64,000 nt of DNA from the human T2T-CHM13v2.0 reference genome, Homo sapiens (GCF_009914755.1 NC_060926.1); one strand, 5' to 3'. Counted from the first letter of the stretch, positions 32,009 to 51,719 are shown. Notes: generated by a model not told the origin, from the letters alone. A program made the numbers and translations.

Positions 32009-32430
32009 CCAGTTAATTAATCCCCTCAACACCTTTACTGGGCCCCAGTTTCCCTGCTAATGTGCCAATAGGTGTTATAAGTGCCCCAAGGTGGACAAGA
32101 TATAAGGGCCAAAAACAAGGGGCAGTTTTATACTCGCGATACCACATGTTTGAACAATTTTTTAGTTTTCAACATGCCTTTACATAGGTTCTCTCATTCA
32201 TCCAGGAGATATTTGTGGCAAAGTAGGAAATGCCCTCATCATTGAATCAGAAGACCGGGATTTAGGTCCTCATTCTCCATCTCGTTATCATATGAGCTTC
32301 TCCAAGTTAATTTACTTCTGACCTCTAGTTTCCTCATATGTAGAAATGAGGATAGGTAAACTTATTCTGTAGGGCTGTTAGAAAAATTAAATAGAATTCA
32401 TTTTTCAACAAACATTTTTTTTTCCCCTGA

Positions 32431-32538
<108 letters not shown>

Positions 32539-32699
32539 TAGCTGGGATTACAGGTGTATGCCACCACTCGTAGCTAATTTTTGTGTATTTAGTAGAGACA
32601 GCGTTTCATCATGTTGGCTAGGCTTGTTGAGAACTCCTGACCTCAGGTGATCCCCCAACCTTGGCCTCCCAAAGTGGTGGGATTACAGGAGTGAGCCAC

Positions 32700-33060
32700 T
32701 GTGCCCGGCCTCAACAAATGTATTGATCAGCAAACATGTGTCAGTCATGGTCTAAAAAACTGGGGCCCTGGAGCAGAATAAGTCACCATCTCTGCCCTTT
32801 CAAGAAGCCTGTGGTTTAGTGGAATGAATCCCACTCCTCCTGTCTGATACCCGGGGAGAAAAAGGAACAATTCAGCAGGATCAAAATTCTAATATGGAAG
32901 GACTCAGAGAACATGTCTGTCTACCTAGGGGTCAAAAACACAAATGGGTGAAGCTACCAGGTTTGCCTGAGACAATCCTGGTTTACATCTATTGCCCTAA
33001 CATTTAAACGCTGGGCTGCTCAAACAAATCATGTTTGCATTTTGGTCCCTGGTTCTTGAC
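32700..33060. promoter_or_regulatory. GCKR intron-16 liver enhancer region (FOXA motifs; probable rs780094 = C at 32735)
   Basis: AGCAAACA (32729-32736), GTTTAC (~32981), TGTTTGC (33032-33038); flank matches my recollection of rs780094. Confidence 0.55.
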
Positions 33061-33152
33061 AGTTGGTTTCCTGTCTGATAACAGGGCCCTGTTCACTCTG
33101 CTGCTTTTCTGTCCTCTAATTTTTGACACCGCCATGTGTCTGCCCTTTTCAG

Positions 33153-33302
33153 AAGTTCCAGCGTGAGCTAAGCACCAAATGGGTGCTGAATACAGTGAGT
33201 ACAGGTGCTCATGTGCTTCTTGGTAAGATCCTACAAAACCACATGTTGGACCTTCGGATTAGCAACTCCAAGCTCTTCTGGCGGGCGCTGGCCATGCTGC
33301 AG
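33153..33302 (+). CDS. GCKR: GCKR exon 17 (aa475-524)
   Basis: AG/GT, 150 nt; KWVLNTVST...GK...NHMLDL...NSKL motif. Confidence 0.96.
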
Positions 33303-34351
33303 GTAGGGATATGATGGGGCAGGGTTGGGTGGGACCTGGCCTCAATGCTTAGGCTGCCAGAGGAGGGCATTTTGTAGAGATATGGAAATGTGCAAGGGTA
33401 CAGGCTGCCTTTTCTGTGTGCTTCTGCTCCTCCTATTAGGTGCATCTTCCCCTTAAGGAGTGTGTGTGCACACATGGGTGTGTTTGTGAAATTGTAATTA
33501 TTAGGCAAGACTCTTTCAGTTACAAACGTGATGGAAAACGAGTTTATACTGGTTTAAGCTAAACAAAGAAAATGGTGGCTGATATAACTGAACAATCTTA
33601 GGGCAGCTGAATCTAATGTGTTCCAGAACTTTCCACCCTTAACTCTGTTTTCCCCTGTGTTGCTCTCATTCTTTTTTTTTTTTTGAGATGGGGTCTTGCT
33701 CTATCGCCCAGGCTGGAGTATAGCGGTGCTATTTCAGCTCAGTGCAACCTCCGCCTCTGAGGTTCCATTGATTCTCCTGCCTCAGCCTCCCGAGTAGCTG
33801 GGATTACAGGCACCCCCCACCATGCCCAGCTAATTTTATATTTTTTAGCAGAGACAGGGTTTTGCCATGTTGGCCAGGCTGGTCTCGAACTCCTGACCTC
33901 AGGTGATCCACCTGCCTCAGCCTCCTAAAGTGCTGGGATTACAGGCGTGAGTCACTGCACCCGGCCGTTGCTCTCATTCTTAGGCAAGTTTTTTCCATTA
34001 GGTGGCAAACTGGCCACCAGTAGTGCCAGCCTGACAATTTACGTAGCAACACTAGTGGGCAAAGAGCTTGCCTGTCCTGTGGTTCTTGCAAATGCCTGGT
34101 CGGGGGCTCTTGCTTGGGACACATGCATGTCCCTGAAGCAATCACTGTTCTCCAGAGCAAGGGATGCTCTGCCCAGTCTGGATCATGTGCTTTCCCTTCA
34201 GGATGGTGGTGGAAGAAGGGCTGGGAGGTGAGCCTCAATCCAACCTCATTACCTGAGCATGGGGAAGCGATAGATCCTCAGAGGAAAACCAAGGTGCTGA
34301 TACCAGAAGGAGTGGATGTTGAGCAGACGGCACAACAGATGGTCATGAAAA

Positions 34352-34529
34352 TGGGGTCGCCAGATTCGGCAAATAAAAATACAGGACGCCCAGTTAAATT
34401 TGAATTTCAGATAAATATGGAATAATTTTTCCATCAAGTATGCCCTATGCAATATTTGAGATATTTTTGATTTTTTTCATTATATATTTGGATGTCCTGT
34501 ATTTTTATTCACAAAATCTGGCAACCCTA
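34352..34529. mobile_element. MER53-like palindromic hAT MITE
   Basis: ~40-bp imperfect terminal inverted repeats GGG.CGCCAGATT...AATAAAAATACAGGAC / GTCCTGTATTTTTATT...AATCTGGCAACCC. Confidence 0.7.
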
Positions 34530-34913
34530 TGTGAAAGGAATCAATCAATGAACATTTAGTGAGCACCCACCAGGTCCCCAAAATAAACTATGGTCCTTAC
34601 TGAAGTCCAGTGGAGGTATAAAGAAGGTGGGGGTCAGAATGCATTATAGCAAAAAGAAGGCCTCATGGAAGGGGTGGTATTTTGAGCTAGGCCTGGTGGT
34701 TATGGCTTGGATAGGTGGACAGAAGAGCATTCCTGTTAGGTCATTCACCAAGTCCCAGAAGGGGGACTGGGCATGATATGTGAGGGACACAGGTCTAACC
34801 AGAGTGGCAAGTCACTTTAGAGCGCAGTGAGGGATTGTGAAGAAGTAGGAAGGGGAGGGATGTGGGAGGTTAAAGCCAGGCAGGAATTTGGACTTTGCCA
34901 AATGCAGCTAGAC

Positions 34914-36415
<1,502 letters not shown>

Positions 36416-36822
36416 AGCTAGACAGAGAGGAGGGTAGTGACAAAATGGAAGCAGTGTTTGCAGATGAACAGTCTTACATTAGTGTGCAAGATGGATTTGG
36501 TTACAGAGGAAACTAGAGAGAGGGAGTCCAGATTACCAACCTACAGGATTGGTGGGACACACATGCAAATTTGAGCAATTTGCCATTAATCCTCCAGTTT
36601 AACCCAGCCAGTCAAGCCCACCACCAACCCCTTTAACCTAGTTTTTCTTTACACCTGGGAATTACAATTTAGGATTGCCAACATGGACAAATCATCTACA
36701 GCCTCTATAGCCAGGCCTCGGGATCCCAGCCTCTCACTCTCATAGTTTATTCTTCTCCCTTGACTCCATTCTTAGTTCCTCTGGCCTTTAGCCTGACACT
36801 GATCTTACCACTTCTTCCTTAG

Positions 36823-36957
36823 CGGTTCTCTGGACAGTCCAAGGCTCGATGCATCGAGAGCCTCCTCCGAGCGATCCACTTTCCCCAGCCACTGTCAGAT
36901 GATATTCGGGCTGCTCCCATCTCCTGCCATGTCCAGGTTGCACATGAGAAGGAACAG
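36823..36957 (+). CDS. GCKR: GCKR exon 18 (aa525-569)
   Basis: AG/GT, 135 nt. Confidence 0.95.
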
Positions 36958-37260
36958 GTATCCTGCCCACTGCTGGTCATTCAACAAATACTTTTTGAGT
37001 ACTTTCAGTGTGTCAGGAAGTTTGTTCGGCACTGGGTTTACAAAGCTCAGTGGCACTCTGCTCACAAGGACCTCCACATTCATGGGGTCTTTGGACTGGG
37101 TTTTGAAGGATGAATAGGAGTTTTCCTGGTCAAAGTGAAGGTTTCTTTCTGCTCTTAATCCACCTTGTTACCACCTTCTAATCTTAATAACATCCTATTT
37201 GCATCTAACCTAGTGGCTCCTGATTCCTGTATCAAATGCTTTAACTCCTCCAGGGTTCTG

Positions 37261-37560
37261 TTTTTTTTTTTTTTTGAGAGAGAGTCTTGCTCTGTCACCC
37301 AGGCTGCTGGAGTGCAGTGGCGCGATCTCGGCTCACTGCAACCTCTGCCCCCGGGTTCAAGAGATTCTCTTGCTTCAGCCTCCCAAATAGCTGGGATTAC
37401 AGGTGCCAGCCACCAATGCCTGGCTAATTTTTGTATTTTTGGTAGAGATGGGGTTTCGCCATATTGGCCAGGCTTGTCTCAAACTCCTGAACTTAAGTGA
37501 TCTGCCCACCTCGGCCTCCCAAAGTGCTGGGATTACAGGCGTGAGCCACTGCGCCCGACC
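37261..37560 (-). mobile_element. Alu just upstream of GCKR exon 19
   Basis: Poly-T plus Alu consensus. Confidence 0.92.
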
Positions 37561-37630
37561 TTCCTCCGGGGTTCTTTCTCTGATGACCTCATTCCCTCAG
37601 GCTTCAGTGCCCACTGCCTCTTCCCCACAG

Positions 37631-37801
37631 GTGATACCCATCGCCTTGCTGAGCCTCCTATTCCGGTGCTCGATCACTGAGGCTCAGGCACACCTGGCTG
37701 CAGCTCCTTCTGTCTGTGAGGCTGTCAGGAGTGCTCTTGCTGGGCCAGGTCAGAAGCGCACTGCGGACCCCCTCGAGATCCTAGAGCCTGACGTTCAGTG
37801 A
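37631..37801 (+). CDS. GCKR: GCKR exon 19 coding part (aa570-625, stop TGA)
   Basis: CAG acceptor; total spliced ORF 625 aa. Confidence 0.95.
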   Translation: MIPIALLSLLFRCSITEAQAHLAAAPSVCEAVRSALAGPGQKRTADPLEILEPDVQ

Positions 37802-38018
37802 ACCCATGTTTCTGGGTGGGTGAAAGGGGCCCAACCCTGCCCACTTCAGCCCAGCCCGCCCAAGGGGACTTGTGCCAGCAGAACATGTGGGAGGAAGAAG
37901 CCCCGTTTCCAGGGCATCCGCAGCCCAGGGTAGGGAGAAATATTCTCTCCACTTTGGGGGAGAGTTCTTGCTCTCGACCTAGTGGTTTCTACTCTCACCG
38001 ACTTATTCTGATTTCAGA

Positions 38019-38024
38019 AATAAA
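38019..38024 (+). terminator. GCKR: GCKR polyadenylation signal AATAAA
   Basis: First AATAAA ~220 nt after the stop. Confidence 0.8.
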
Positions 38025-40160
38025 ATGAAATGTCTTATTTTGGAAAGTTAACCTTTCAAAGTCAGTAAATCAAACAGTAGATCAGAGGTGGGATAGGATG
38101 GGTGGCATGGGTTGGTCTTAACAGCAGATTTGTTTCTTTAATTCTGTCCCCAACTCCATTTCATTGGTCCCTAACACAAGCCTTATACTGGCATCCCTAT
38201 ATTTTCATTACCAACATGCAGCCACGTGTGCATGCGTGCACACACACTCCAATCCCACACAGACACACAATGAGAGGTGGGAACTTTTAGATAATTCCAG
38301 GGGAAGAGGGAAGAAGTTGTGTACCTCACATAGGAAACCCAGAAAAAGGGCAGTCTTAATCAGACATGACAAGATCTAGAATGACTGCTACATCCACGCA
38401 TTAGACCATGAAATGAGGGTCACATCCCCTGCCCCGTGTTTGTAAGAGGAACATAAGGAACTCTGGAGGTGCTGAAAGCCCTTGGTGGTGGGACCCAACA
38501 AACACTAGAAACCCCGGGCTGTACATTTTAGACATCAGCTACCCCATGTTTTGACAAATCAAAGACACCCTTGTTCATCCTAGATTCATGCCAGCTCTTT
38601 AGGGCCTGTGATATATGGCCCTGACAGTAGAGAGCTGGTTCCTCCTTGTGCCTGAGAAATATCCAGGTAATAGATACTCAGGAACATTCCTCTGGGGATG
38701 AAACTCTCTGGAAAGGTCCCTGGAACTTTTAGGCAGGAGGGTGACTGCAAAGGAGCCAGATTTTGGTTTTATGAGGATAGAGTAATCAACCTTTTTAAGG
38801 TGGCCATAGGCCCCTCTGTGCATCTGAGGGCCTGCAGCCTCTATGTGAGCTCTGTTTTCCTGTTCCACATCTTCACACTGATGCCTTGGATGATCAGTAA
38901 TCCCCCTTTCCCCAGCCACTACTCTCACGATGCTTCCTGAGTACCACCCCTTTCATCTTCCACAAACACCTCTCCCAAATTCAAGATGGCTAAAGTTAGG
39001 AAAGGCTCCTGCAAAGTCCCTCTGCTTCTCTTCACCCACAACTCTCTACCACGTTCTTTCATCGGGTCAGTTCATCTCTCAGCATGGTGTCATGAACAGT
39101 GTCAAGTCTGAGAAGATACCTAGCATTCTGGGACCCCAAAGGGCAGAGCACCCCTTGATCCTGTTGATGATGCCAACTGTACAGTAGCTCCCCTCCCACA
39201 TTTGGAGGGGATAGGGCACAGGGTTAGATTTCTCCAGGGCTGGATGCAGAAGAACTCTAGAAGCCCTGAGTTCTTTTAGTTGCCAAGTACGTGGATGGCA
39301 TGAAGACATCAAGTGAATTCAATTCTTATGTAGTTGGACACAATATTCAGGTATTATGAATATTGTGGGACATTATTGTGGGACATTATGAATATTGTGG
39401 GATAGCCTTGGGGGACATTAGAAGCTAGACACACTCTGGCATTGTGGCAGAGATGAAGATGACTAAGATCTGATGCCTACCCCCTAGAAACTCACAAGCA
39501 CATAGCAATTAGAATACAAGACAGAGTTGAAGTGGATTAAACAGCGGGATAAGTACAGAGAGCTGCTGAAATTACAGGGTAGGCCAAGAGTCAAGGAAAG
39601 TTTTGGAAGAAAGGAGGCTGGGGTGGGGTAAAGGAACAGCCAAAGAAAACGCAAGAAGGTTTGAAGATTCACACTGGGATATGGATCTGATAGCAGAGAA
39701 TCTGGTCATTGTCAATGGGATTTGTGCTCCAGGCAGAGCTAAAGAAGTTCAAAGATTTTTTTAGAACTATCCAGACACAAATGATAGGGTGACAACTTTT
39801 GCAGTTATTTGGAGAAAGTAAACATCTGAGGGCAAAAACAGCAAGAGAATAATCCATTATTAATACAAGGCAGTAATTATGTAGAAAGGACTAAAGGGCC
39901 TGGGCCTGAAGACTGGATTAGATTGTGGAAGATGAAGAAAACAATTTCCCAGCACATATATTTGCTGGATCAAAAGCAAAAGGGGGCTAGGTGTGCCATC
40001 CTAGCTACTTGAGAGGCTGAGATGGGAGGATCACTTGAGTCCAGGAGTTCAAGGCCAGGCTGGGCCACATTACAAGACCCTGGCTCTAAAAAAGAAAAAA
40101 AAAACAAGAGGGGGTGGGGCAAAATATATTTGGATATCGCACATACTCTAAGCCTGACGT

Positions 40161-40162
<2 letters not shown>

Positions 40163-40203
<41 letters not shown>

Positions 40204-40235
40204 GGAATATATAATATATATCCATATATATATAT
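40163..40235. repeat. (CA)n microsatellite followed by AT-rich repeat
   Basis: Direct read. Confidence 0.95.
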
Positions 40236-40320
40236 GGAACTCATGAACTCGTCTCCAAAATCTAGCTAGCTATTCTTTTCATAATTTAGATGGTCTCTCT
40301 CTCTTTTTTTTTTTTTTTAA

Positions 40321-40485
<165 letters not shown>

Positions 40486-41112
40486 TAGAGATGGGGCCCT
40501 GCTATGTTGCTCAGGCTGGTCTTGATTCCTGGCCTCCAGTGATCTTACTGCTTTAGCCACCCAAAGTGCTGGGATCGTGTGTGTGAACCACCACACCTGG
40601 CCAACATTCGTCCGGTCTAACATTCAGATTGTTTTGAATGTTACACAGCCTGGAGCCAGCTCTTGAATATTAGATAAGCTATAACGTTGAAAGAGGATGT
40701 TGGGACCAGGTAGGAGACAGAGGGGTCTCCATCTGGTTCCAGGGATGGGCTCTACAAATACAGCAAAATGCCTAAGATCCAATGGAAACTTAGGGTTGGA
40801 CCCAATTGGACAGGTGAGTCAAATCCTAGGGTTGAGAGGACAGGTACTATATCTAGGTGATGCAAAATGCTCCCATCCTGGGAGAGAGAAGTGGGTCATT
40901 TTTAAGCTAGTAACTGGGGTGCTGTGGAAAAGACAAGGAAAAAGACAGGAAGAGGATCCCTGGAGCATCTTGTAGTCACAGAAAGTAAAGAATTGCTCAA
41001 AACCTCCACAAGGATGACAATATGTCAAAGGGATACAAGAGCCAATGTGAAAGAGCTCCTAGTGCCTAAAGTGGGAACAATTTGAGCAACAAAATAAGTA
41101 ACAAGCTGGTCA

Positions 41113-41373
<261 letters not shown>

Positions 41374-41394
41374 CTAAAGAAGAATTCTAAATAA

Positions 41395-41405
41395 ACACAC
41401 ACGCG

Positions 41406-41452
<47 letters not shown>
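41395..41452. repeat. (CA)n/(CG)n alternating purine-pyrimidine tract
   Basis: Direct read. Confidence 0.95.
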
Positions 41453-41454
<2 letters not shown>

Positions 41455-43108
41455 CTTTAGGAAATGGAGCTTAATCATCCCACACCACCTCTCCTCCAAT
41501 GTGGGTTAGATTTAGGGGCTCACTTACAAAAAAACAGAGTATGGGAAAGGGAATGGGTTTTACGGTGGAGAAACCAGGCAAGCACTACCCTAATCAAGTA
41601 ATCAAGATGGGCATCACCAGCAGGTATCACGCACCTCCTGATATGATATCATGAGAAAGGCATGTCACCTCTGTGGTATTCTTCCCCCAAACACATAACC
41701 TCAGTCTAAGCATAAAGAAAACATCACAGTAACCCAGCTTTAGGGACATATTATAAAATACCTGCTCATATTACAAAATACCTGAAAATTTTCAGTCATG
41801 GAAAACAAGAAAAGACTGAGAAACTGTCATAGACCAGAAGAGACTCAGGAAGCATGACTCACCTACAGGGTGCTACCCTCGGTTGGATCCTGGAAAGATA
41901 AAGGACTTTAGTGGCAAAACTGGTGAAACTGCATGAAATCTGGAGTTTAGTTAATAGTAAATATACCAATGTTAATCTCATAGTTTTGACAAACGTACCA
42001 AACTTATGTAAGATGTTAATGTTAGGTGAAACTAGGTGAAGAATATATGGGAATTTGCTGTACTATCTTTGTAACTTTTCTGTAAACCTGAAATTTTTCA
42101 AAAATAAAAAGTTTATTCAAAAAATAAATTTAAACTGAAAGCCTTTCCTCTTAGATCTGGAACGTGACAAAGATCCCCACTTTCACCACTGATATTCAAC
42201 ACAGTACTGGAAGTCCTAGCTAGAGCAATCGGACAAGACAAAGAAATAAAGGGCATCCAAACTGGAAAGGAAGAAGTCAAATTATCCTTATTTGAAGGAG
42301 ATGTGATTTTTTTTTTTTTTGAGACAGAGTCTTGCTCTGTTGCCCAGGCTGGAGTGCAGTGGTGTGATCTCGGCTCACTGTAACCTCCGCCTCCCGGGTC
42401 CAGTCGTTTCTTCTGCCTCAGCCTCCTGAGTAGCTGGGATTATAGGTGCACACCACCATGCCTGGCTAATTTTTTGTTTTTTTGTTTTTTTGTTTTTTTT
42501 TTTAGTAGAGACGGGGTTTCACCATGTTGGTCAGGCTGGTCTTGAACTCCTGACCTTGTGATCCACCTGCCTCAGCCTCCCAAAGTGTTGGGATTACAGG
42601 CTTGAGCCACTGCACCTGTCAAGATCTCTACAATGAAAGCTATAAAACACTGATGAGAGAAATTGAAGATGGCACAGAAAAATGGAAAGATATTCTATAA
42701 TCATGGATTGGAAGAATCAATGTTAAAATGTCCGTAGTACCCAAAGCAATCTACAGCTTCAATGCAATCTCTATCAAAATATCAATGACATTCTTCACAG
42801 AGATAGCAAAAACATCCTAAAATTTATATGGAACCACAAAAGACCTAGAATAACCAAAGCTATCCTGAGCAAAAAGAACAAAACTAGAGGAATCCATTAC
42901 CTAACTTCAAATTACATTACAGAGTTATAGTAACGAAAACAGCATGGTACTGGCATAAAAACAGATACATAGACCAATGTAACCGAATAGAGAACTCAAA
43001 AACAAATTCACACACCTGCAGTGAACTCGTTTTTGACAAAGGTACCAAGAACATACATTGGGGAAAAGACAGTTTCTATAATAAATGATGCTGGGAAAAT
43101 TGGATCTC

Positions 43109-43462
43109 TGATATGGTTTGGTTCTGTGTCGCCACCCAAATCTCATGTTGAATTATAATTCCCAATGTTGTGGGAGGGGCCGGGTGGGAGGTGACTGGAT
43201 CATGGGGGTGGAGTTCCCCCATTCTGTTTTCATGATAGTGAGTGAGTTCTCACAAGATCTTATGGTTTAAAAGTGTGTGGCACTCTCCCCTTTGTGCTCT
43301 CTCTCTTTCCTGCTGCTATGTGAAGAAGATGTTGGCTTCCGCTTCACCTTCCACCATGATTGTAGGTTTCCTAAGGCCTCCCAGTCATGTTTCCTGTTAA
43401 GCCTGTGAAACTGTGAGTCAATTAAACCTCCTTTATTCATAAATTACCCAGTCTCAGGTAGT
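43109..43462 (+). mobile_element. MST-type MaLR LTR (3' end truncated)
   Basis: TGATATGGTTTGG start; ATTAAACCTC...AATTACCCAGTCTCAGGTA. Confidence 0.85.
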
Positions 43463-43942
43463 ATATCCATATGCAGAAGAATGAAACTAGACCCGTATCT
43501 CTTGCCATATACAAAAATCAAATCAAAATGGATTAGAGACTTAAATCTCAAACTATGAAACTACTATCAGAAAACACTGGGAGAAACTCTCTAGGACATT
43601 ACCCTGGGCAAAAGTTTCTTGAGTAATTCTCTACGAGCACAGGCAACCAAAGCAAAAATGGAAAAATGGGATCACATTAAGTTAAAAAGCTTTTGCACAG
43701 CAAAGGAAATAATCAACAAAGTGAAGAGACAATCCACAGGATAGGAGAAAATTTTTACAACTACCCATATGACAAGGGATTAATAACTATGTATATGTAT
43801 ATATATATATATGGAGCTCAGCTCTATAGGAAGAAATCTAATAATCCAATTTAAAAATTGGCAAAAGATGTGAATAGCCGGCCAGGTGCGGTGGCTCATG
43901 CCTGTAATCCCAGCACTTTGGGAGGCCAAGGCGGGCGAATCA

Positions 43943-44143
<201 letters not shown>

Positions 44144-44758
44144 CTACACAGCGAGACTCCGTCTCAAAAAAAAAAAAAAAGAAAAGAAAAGAAAAAGAAA
44201 AAAAAAGATTTGAATAGACATTTCTCAAAAGAAGACATGCAAATGGCAACCAATCATATGAAAAAGTACTCAACATCACTGATCATCAGAGAAATGCAAG
44301 TCAAAACTACAATGAGATATTATCTCACTCCAATTAAAATGGCTTTTATCCAAAAGACAAGCAGTAACAAATGCTGGAGAGAATGTGTAGAAAAGGGAAC
44401 ACTTGTATACTGTTGGAATGTAAATTAGTACAACCATTACGGAGAACAATACCACTGCTGGATATAAAGACAAAAGAAAGGAAATCAGTATATTAAAGAG
44501 ATATCTGCACTCCCATGTTTGTTGCAGCACTGTTCACAATAGCCAAAATTTGGAAGCAACCTAAGTGTCCATCAACAGATGAATGGATAAAGAAAATGTG
44601 GTACATATACACAATGGAGTACTATTCATCCATAAAAAGAATAAGATTCTGTCATTTGCAACAACATGGATAGAACTTATTTCACTTATTATGTTAAGTG
44701 AAATAAACCAGGCACAGAAAGACAAATGTTGCATGTTCTCACTTATTTGTGGGATCTA

Positions 44759-45268
<510 letters not shown>

Positions 45269-45665
45269 TCAAGACCAGCATGGTTAACATAGCGAGAGCC
45301 CATCTCTACAAAAAATAAAAGAAAAATTAGCTAAGCATGGTGGTATATGCCTGTAGTCCCAGCTACTAAGGAGGCTGAAGCAGGAGGATCCCTTCAGCCT
45401 GGGAAGTTGAGGCTGCAGTGAGCCATGATTGCATCACTGCACTCCAGCTTAGGTGACAGAGCAGTATCCTGTCTCAAAAAAAAAAAAAAAAAAAAGAATA
45501 AGGCACAGTATTTAATAGCACAACAGGGAGACTAAAGTCAATAATCAGTTAATTGTACATTTAAAAATAATTAAGAGTGTAATTGGATTCTTTGTAACAC
45601 AGAGGATAAATGCTTGAGGGGATGAATACACAATTTTCCATGATGTGATTATTCTGCACTGCATG

Positions 45666-46062
45666 TGATATGGTTTGGATCTGTGTCCTCACCCAAATCT
45701 CATGTTGGATTGTAATCCCCAGTGTTGGGGATGGGGCCTGGTGGGAGGTGATTGGATCATGGGGGTGGAGTGCTCATGAATGGTTTAGTACTATACCCCT
45801 TGGTATAGTGAATGACTTCTCAAAAGAGCTGGTTGTTTACAAGTGTGTGGGACCTCATTCTCTATTTCTTCTGCTTCGGCTGTGTGAAATGAGCCTGCTT
45901 CCCTTTCCCCTTCTGCCATGAGTGTAAGTTTCCTGAGGCCTCCCCAGCAGCTGCTGTGCTTCCTGTACAGCCTGCAGAACAGTGAGCCAGTTAAATTTCT
46001 TTTCTTCATAAATTACCCAGTCTCAGATATTTCTTTATAGCAATGCAAGAATGGACTAATAC
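45666..46062 (+). mobile_element. MST-type MaLR LTR
   Basis: TGATATGGTTTGGATCTGTGTCC...GGACTAATAC. Confidence 0.85.
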
Positions 46063-46398
46063 TAATCATAGTATCATAATTGTGTTATGGAATATGTATT
46101 ATGATCTAAAAATAAAAACATGTATTATGGAATACAGTATCATAATACAAATATCTCATGTATTTCATAATATATATTATGTACCCACAAACACTAAAAA
46201 TTAAATTTTTTAAAAAATTAAAAATAAATATATAAAGTTAAAATTCCTAACTACAATAACATATATTTGGGAAGGGATAAATTGAGTTAAAATATTCTAA
46301 GGGCCTTGATTTTTCCATAAAGAAGATAAAAGTTTTTATTAATTTAAGGCTTTGATAAGCTGTGTGCATATTGCATTTTAAAAGGTATCTGCTAAAAA

Positions 46399-46617
46399 CA
46401 GGGTTGGCAAACTTTTTCTGTAGAGATAGATAGTAAATATTTTAGTCTTTGCAGGCCCTGTGGTCTCAGTCATTACTGTTCAACTCTGCTGTTGCAAGCT
46501 TGAAAACAGCCGTAGACAATATGTAAAATGAGTGTGGCTGTGTTCCAATAAATCTTCATTTGCAAAAACAGGCAGCATGCTGGATTTGGCCCACAGGCCA
46601 TAGTTTGCCAAGCCTTG
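46399..46617. mobile_element. MER58-like hAT MITE
   Basis: CAGGGTTGGCAAAC...GTTTGCCAAGCCTTG inverted termini. Confidence 0.75.
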
Positions 46618-46691
46618 CACTAAAAGAATAAAAACAGTATAATTTCTAATTAGTAAAGGGGGAAAATGAAGTAATTAAAAATAGTCATCTA

Positions 46692-47036
<345 letters not shown>

Positions 47037-47049
47037 TTAAAATATAGGA

Positions 47050-50400
<3,351 letters not shown>

Positions 50401-51215
50401 ATGTTTTAAGAACCCAAAACTATGTCTTCAGTTCTAATCTTTTTTTAGAACTCCAGGCTGGCATATAACTAGTACTTGCCACTTAATGTGTGTTCAGCTC
50501 ATATTACATATCCATATCTTATTCTTTATCGTTATAATCTGTATAGTGACCACAGAGTATTCATAATATGGGTATAGCACATTTATTTAACTACTTTCTT
50601 CTTGATGGGCTTTTCTAGAACATTGCTTAGGCTGCCCCTGTAGGCTGAAAATTCTATGAGGTAGATACCTCATCTGTCCTCTAAGACATTACCTGCTGTT
50701 CAATAGTTCATCGAGTTGCTTTTCCAGATTAACTTTCCTATAAGAAAAAAGAATGCCTTGGCCAGTTTTATTAATCTTTGTTATAGAATGAATTGATTCC
50801 TTGTACATTTTTTGTTTATAGTGAATTAGCCCTAGAGAATCCAGTCAAGTCTGGATGACATGATGGAATAAATGTTCTAGACTTGGAAAATGAGACTGTA
50901 GATTCTGGGGTAGAGTGATCCTCTAAGGTAATTTAATTTCCCTCTCTGACATCTCTTTTCCATCTCAATGCAATAGCAGCTAGAAAATGTGTCAAGCCTT
51001 AGACTTAGGAAACCGTTTATCTCAAATTTTCTGAGAGTACCTACTTAAAATATCCTAGCTTTCTTAAATTTACTTGACCTTGGCCGGGTGCGGTGGCTCA
51101 CGCCTGTAATCCCAGCACTTTGGGAGGCTGAGGCGGGTGGATCACGAGGTCAAGAGATCGAGACTAGCCTGGCAAACATGGTGAAACCCCGTCTCTACTA
51201 AAAATACAAAAATTA

Positions 51216-51389
<174 letters not shown>

Positions 51390-51719
51390 CTAGTTTGTGG
51401 TTTGGGGCATTTAACACCATATCTGGACTTCCAGGGAGTGACTGGCTCCAGAGAAAATGCTTGTAGGGCAGAACAGGCCACTTGGGAGGCCTGCTTCTTT
51501 AAAACCTTGCCTACATACTCCCTACTTAATGACAAGCTGTCTAGCCCAGTCCTAGAAGAGTCATAAAGGAGTTCTTCCCTGAGCTTTGGCTGTCAGAGTG
51601 GAGCCTGTGGACAGCTGCAGGAAGGGGCAGCAGATTGTACTTTGGGTATGGCTCAGAGAAGAGAGCTAAGTAGCATGCACATTGGCTGGATGCTGTCAGA
51701 TTTACCTTGGGATGCCCAT

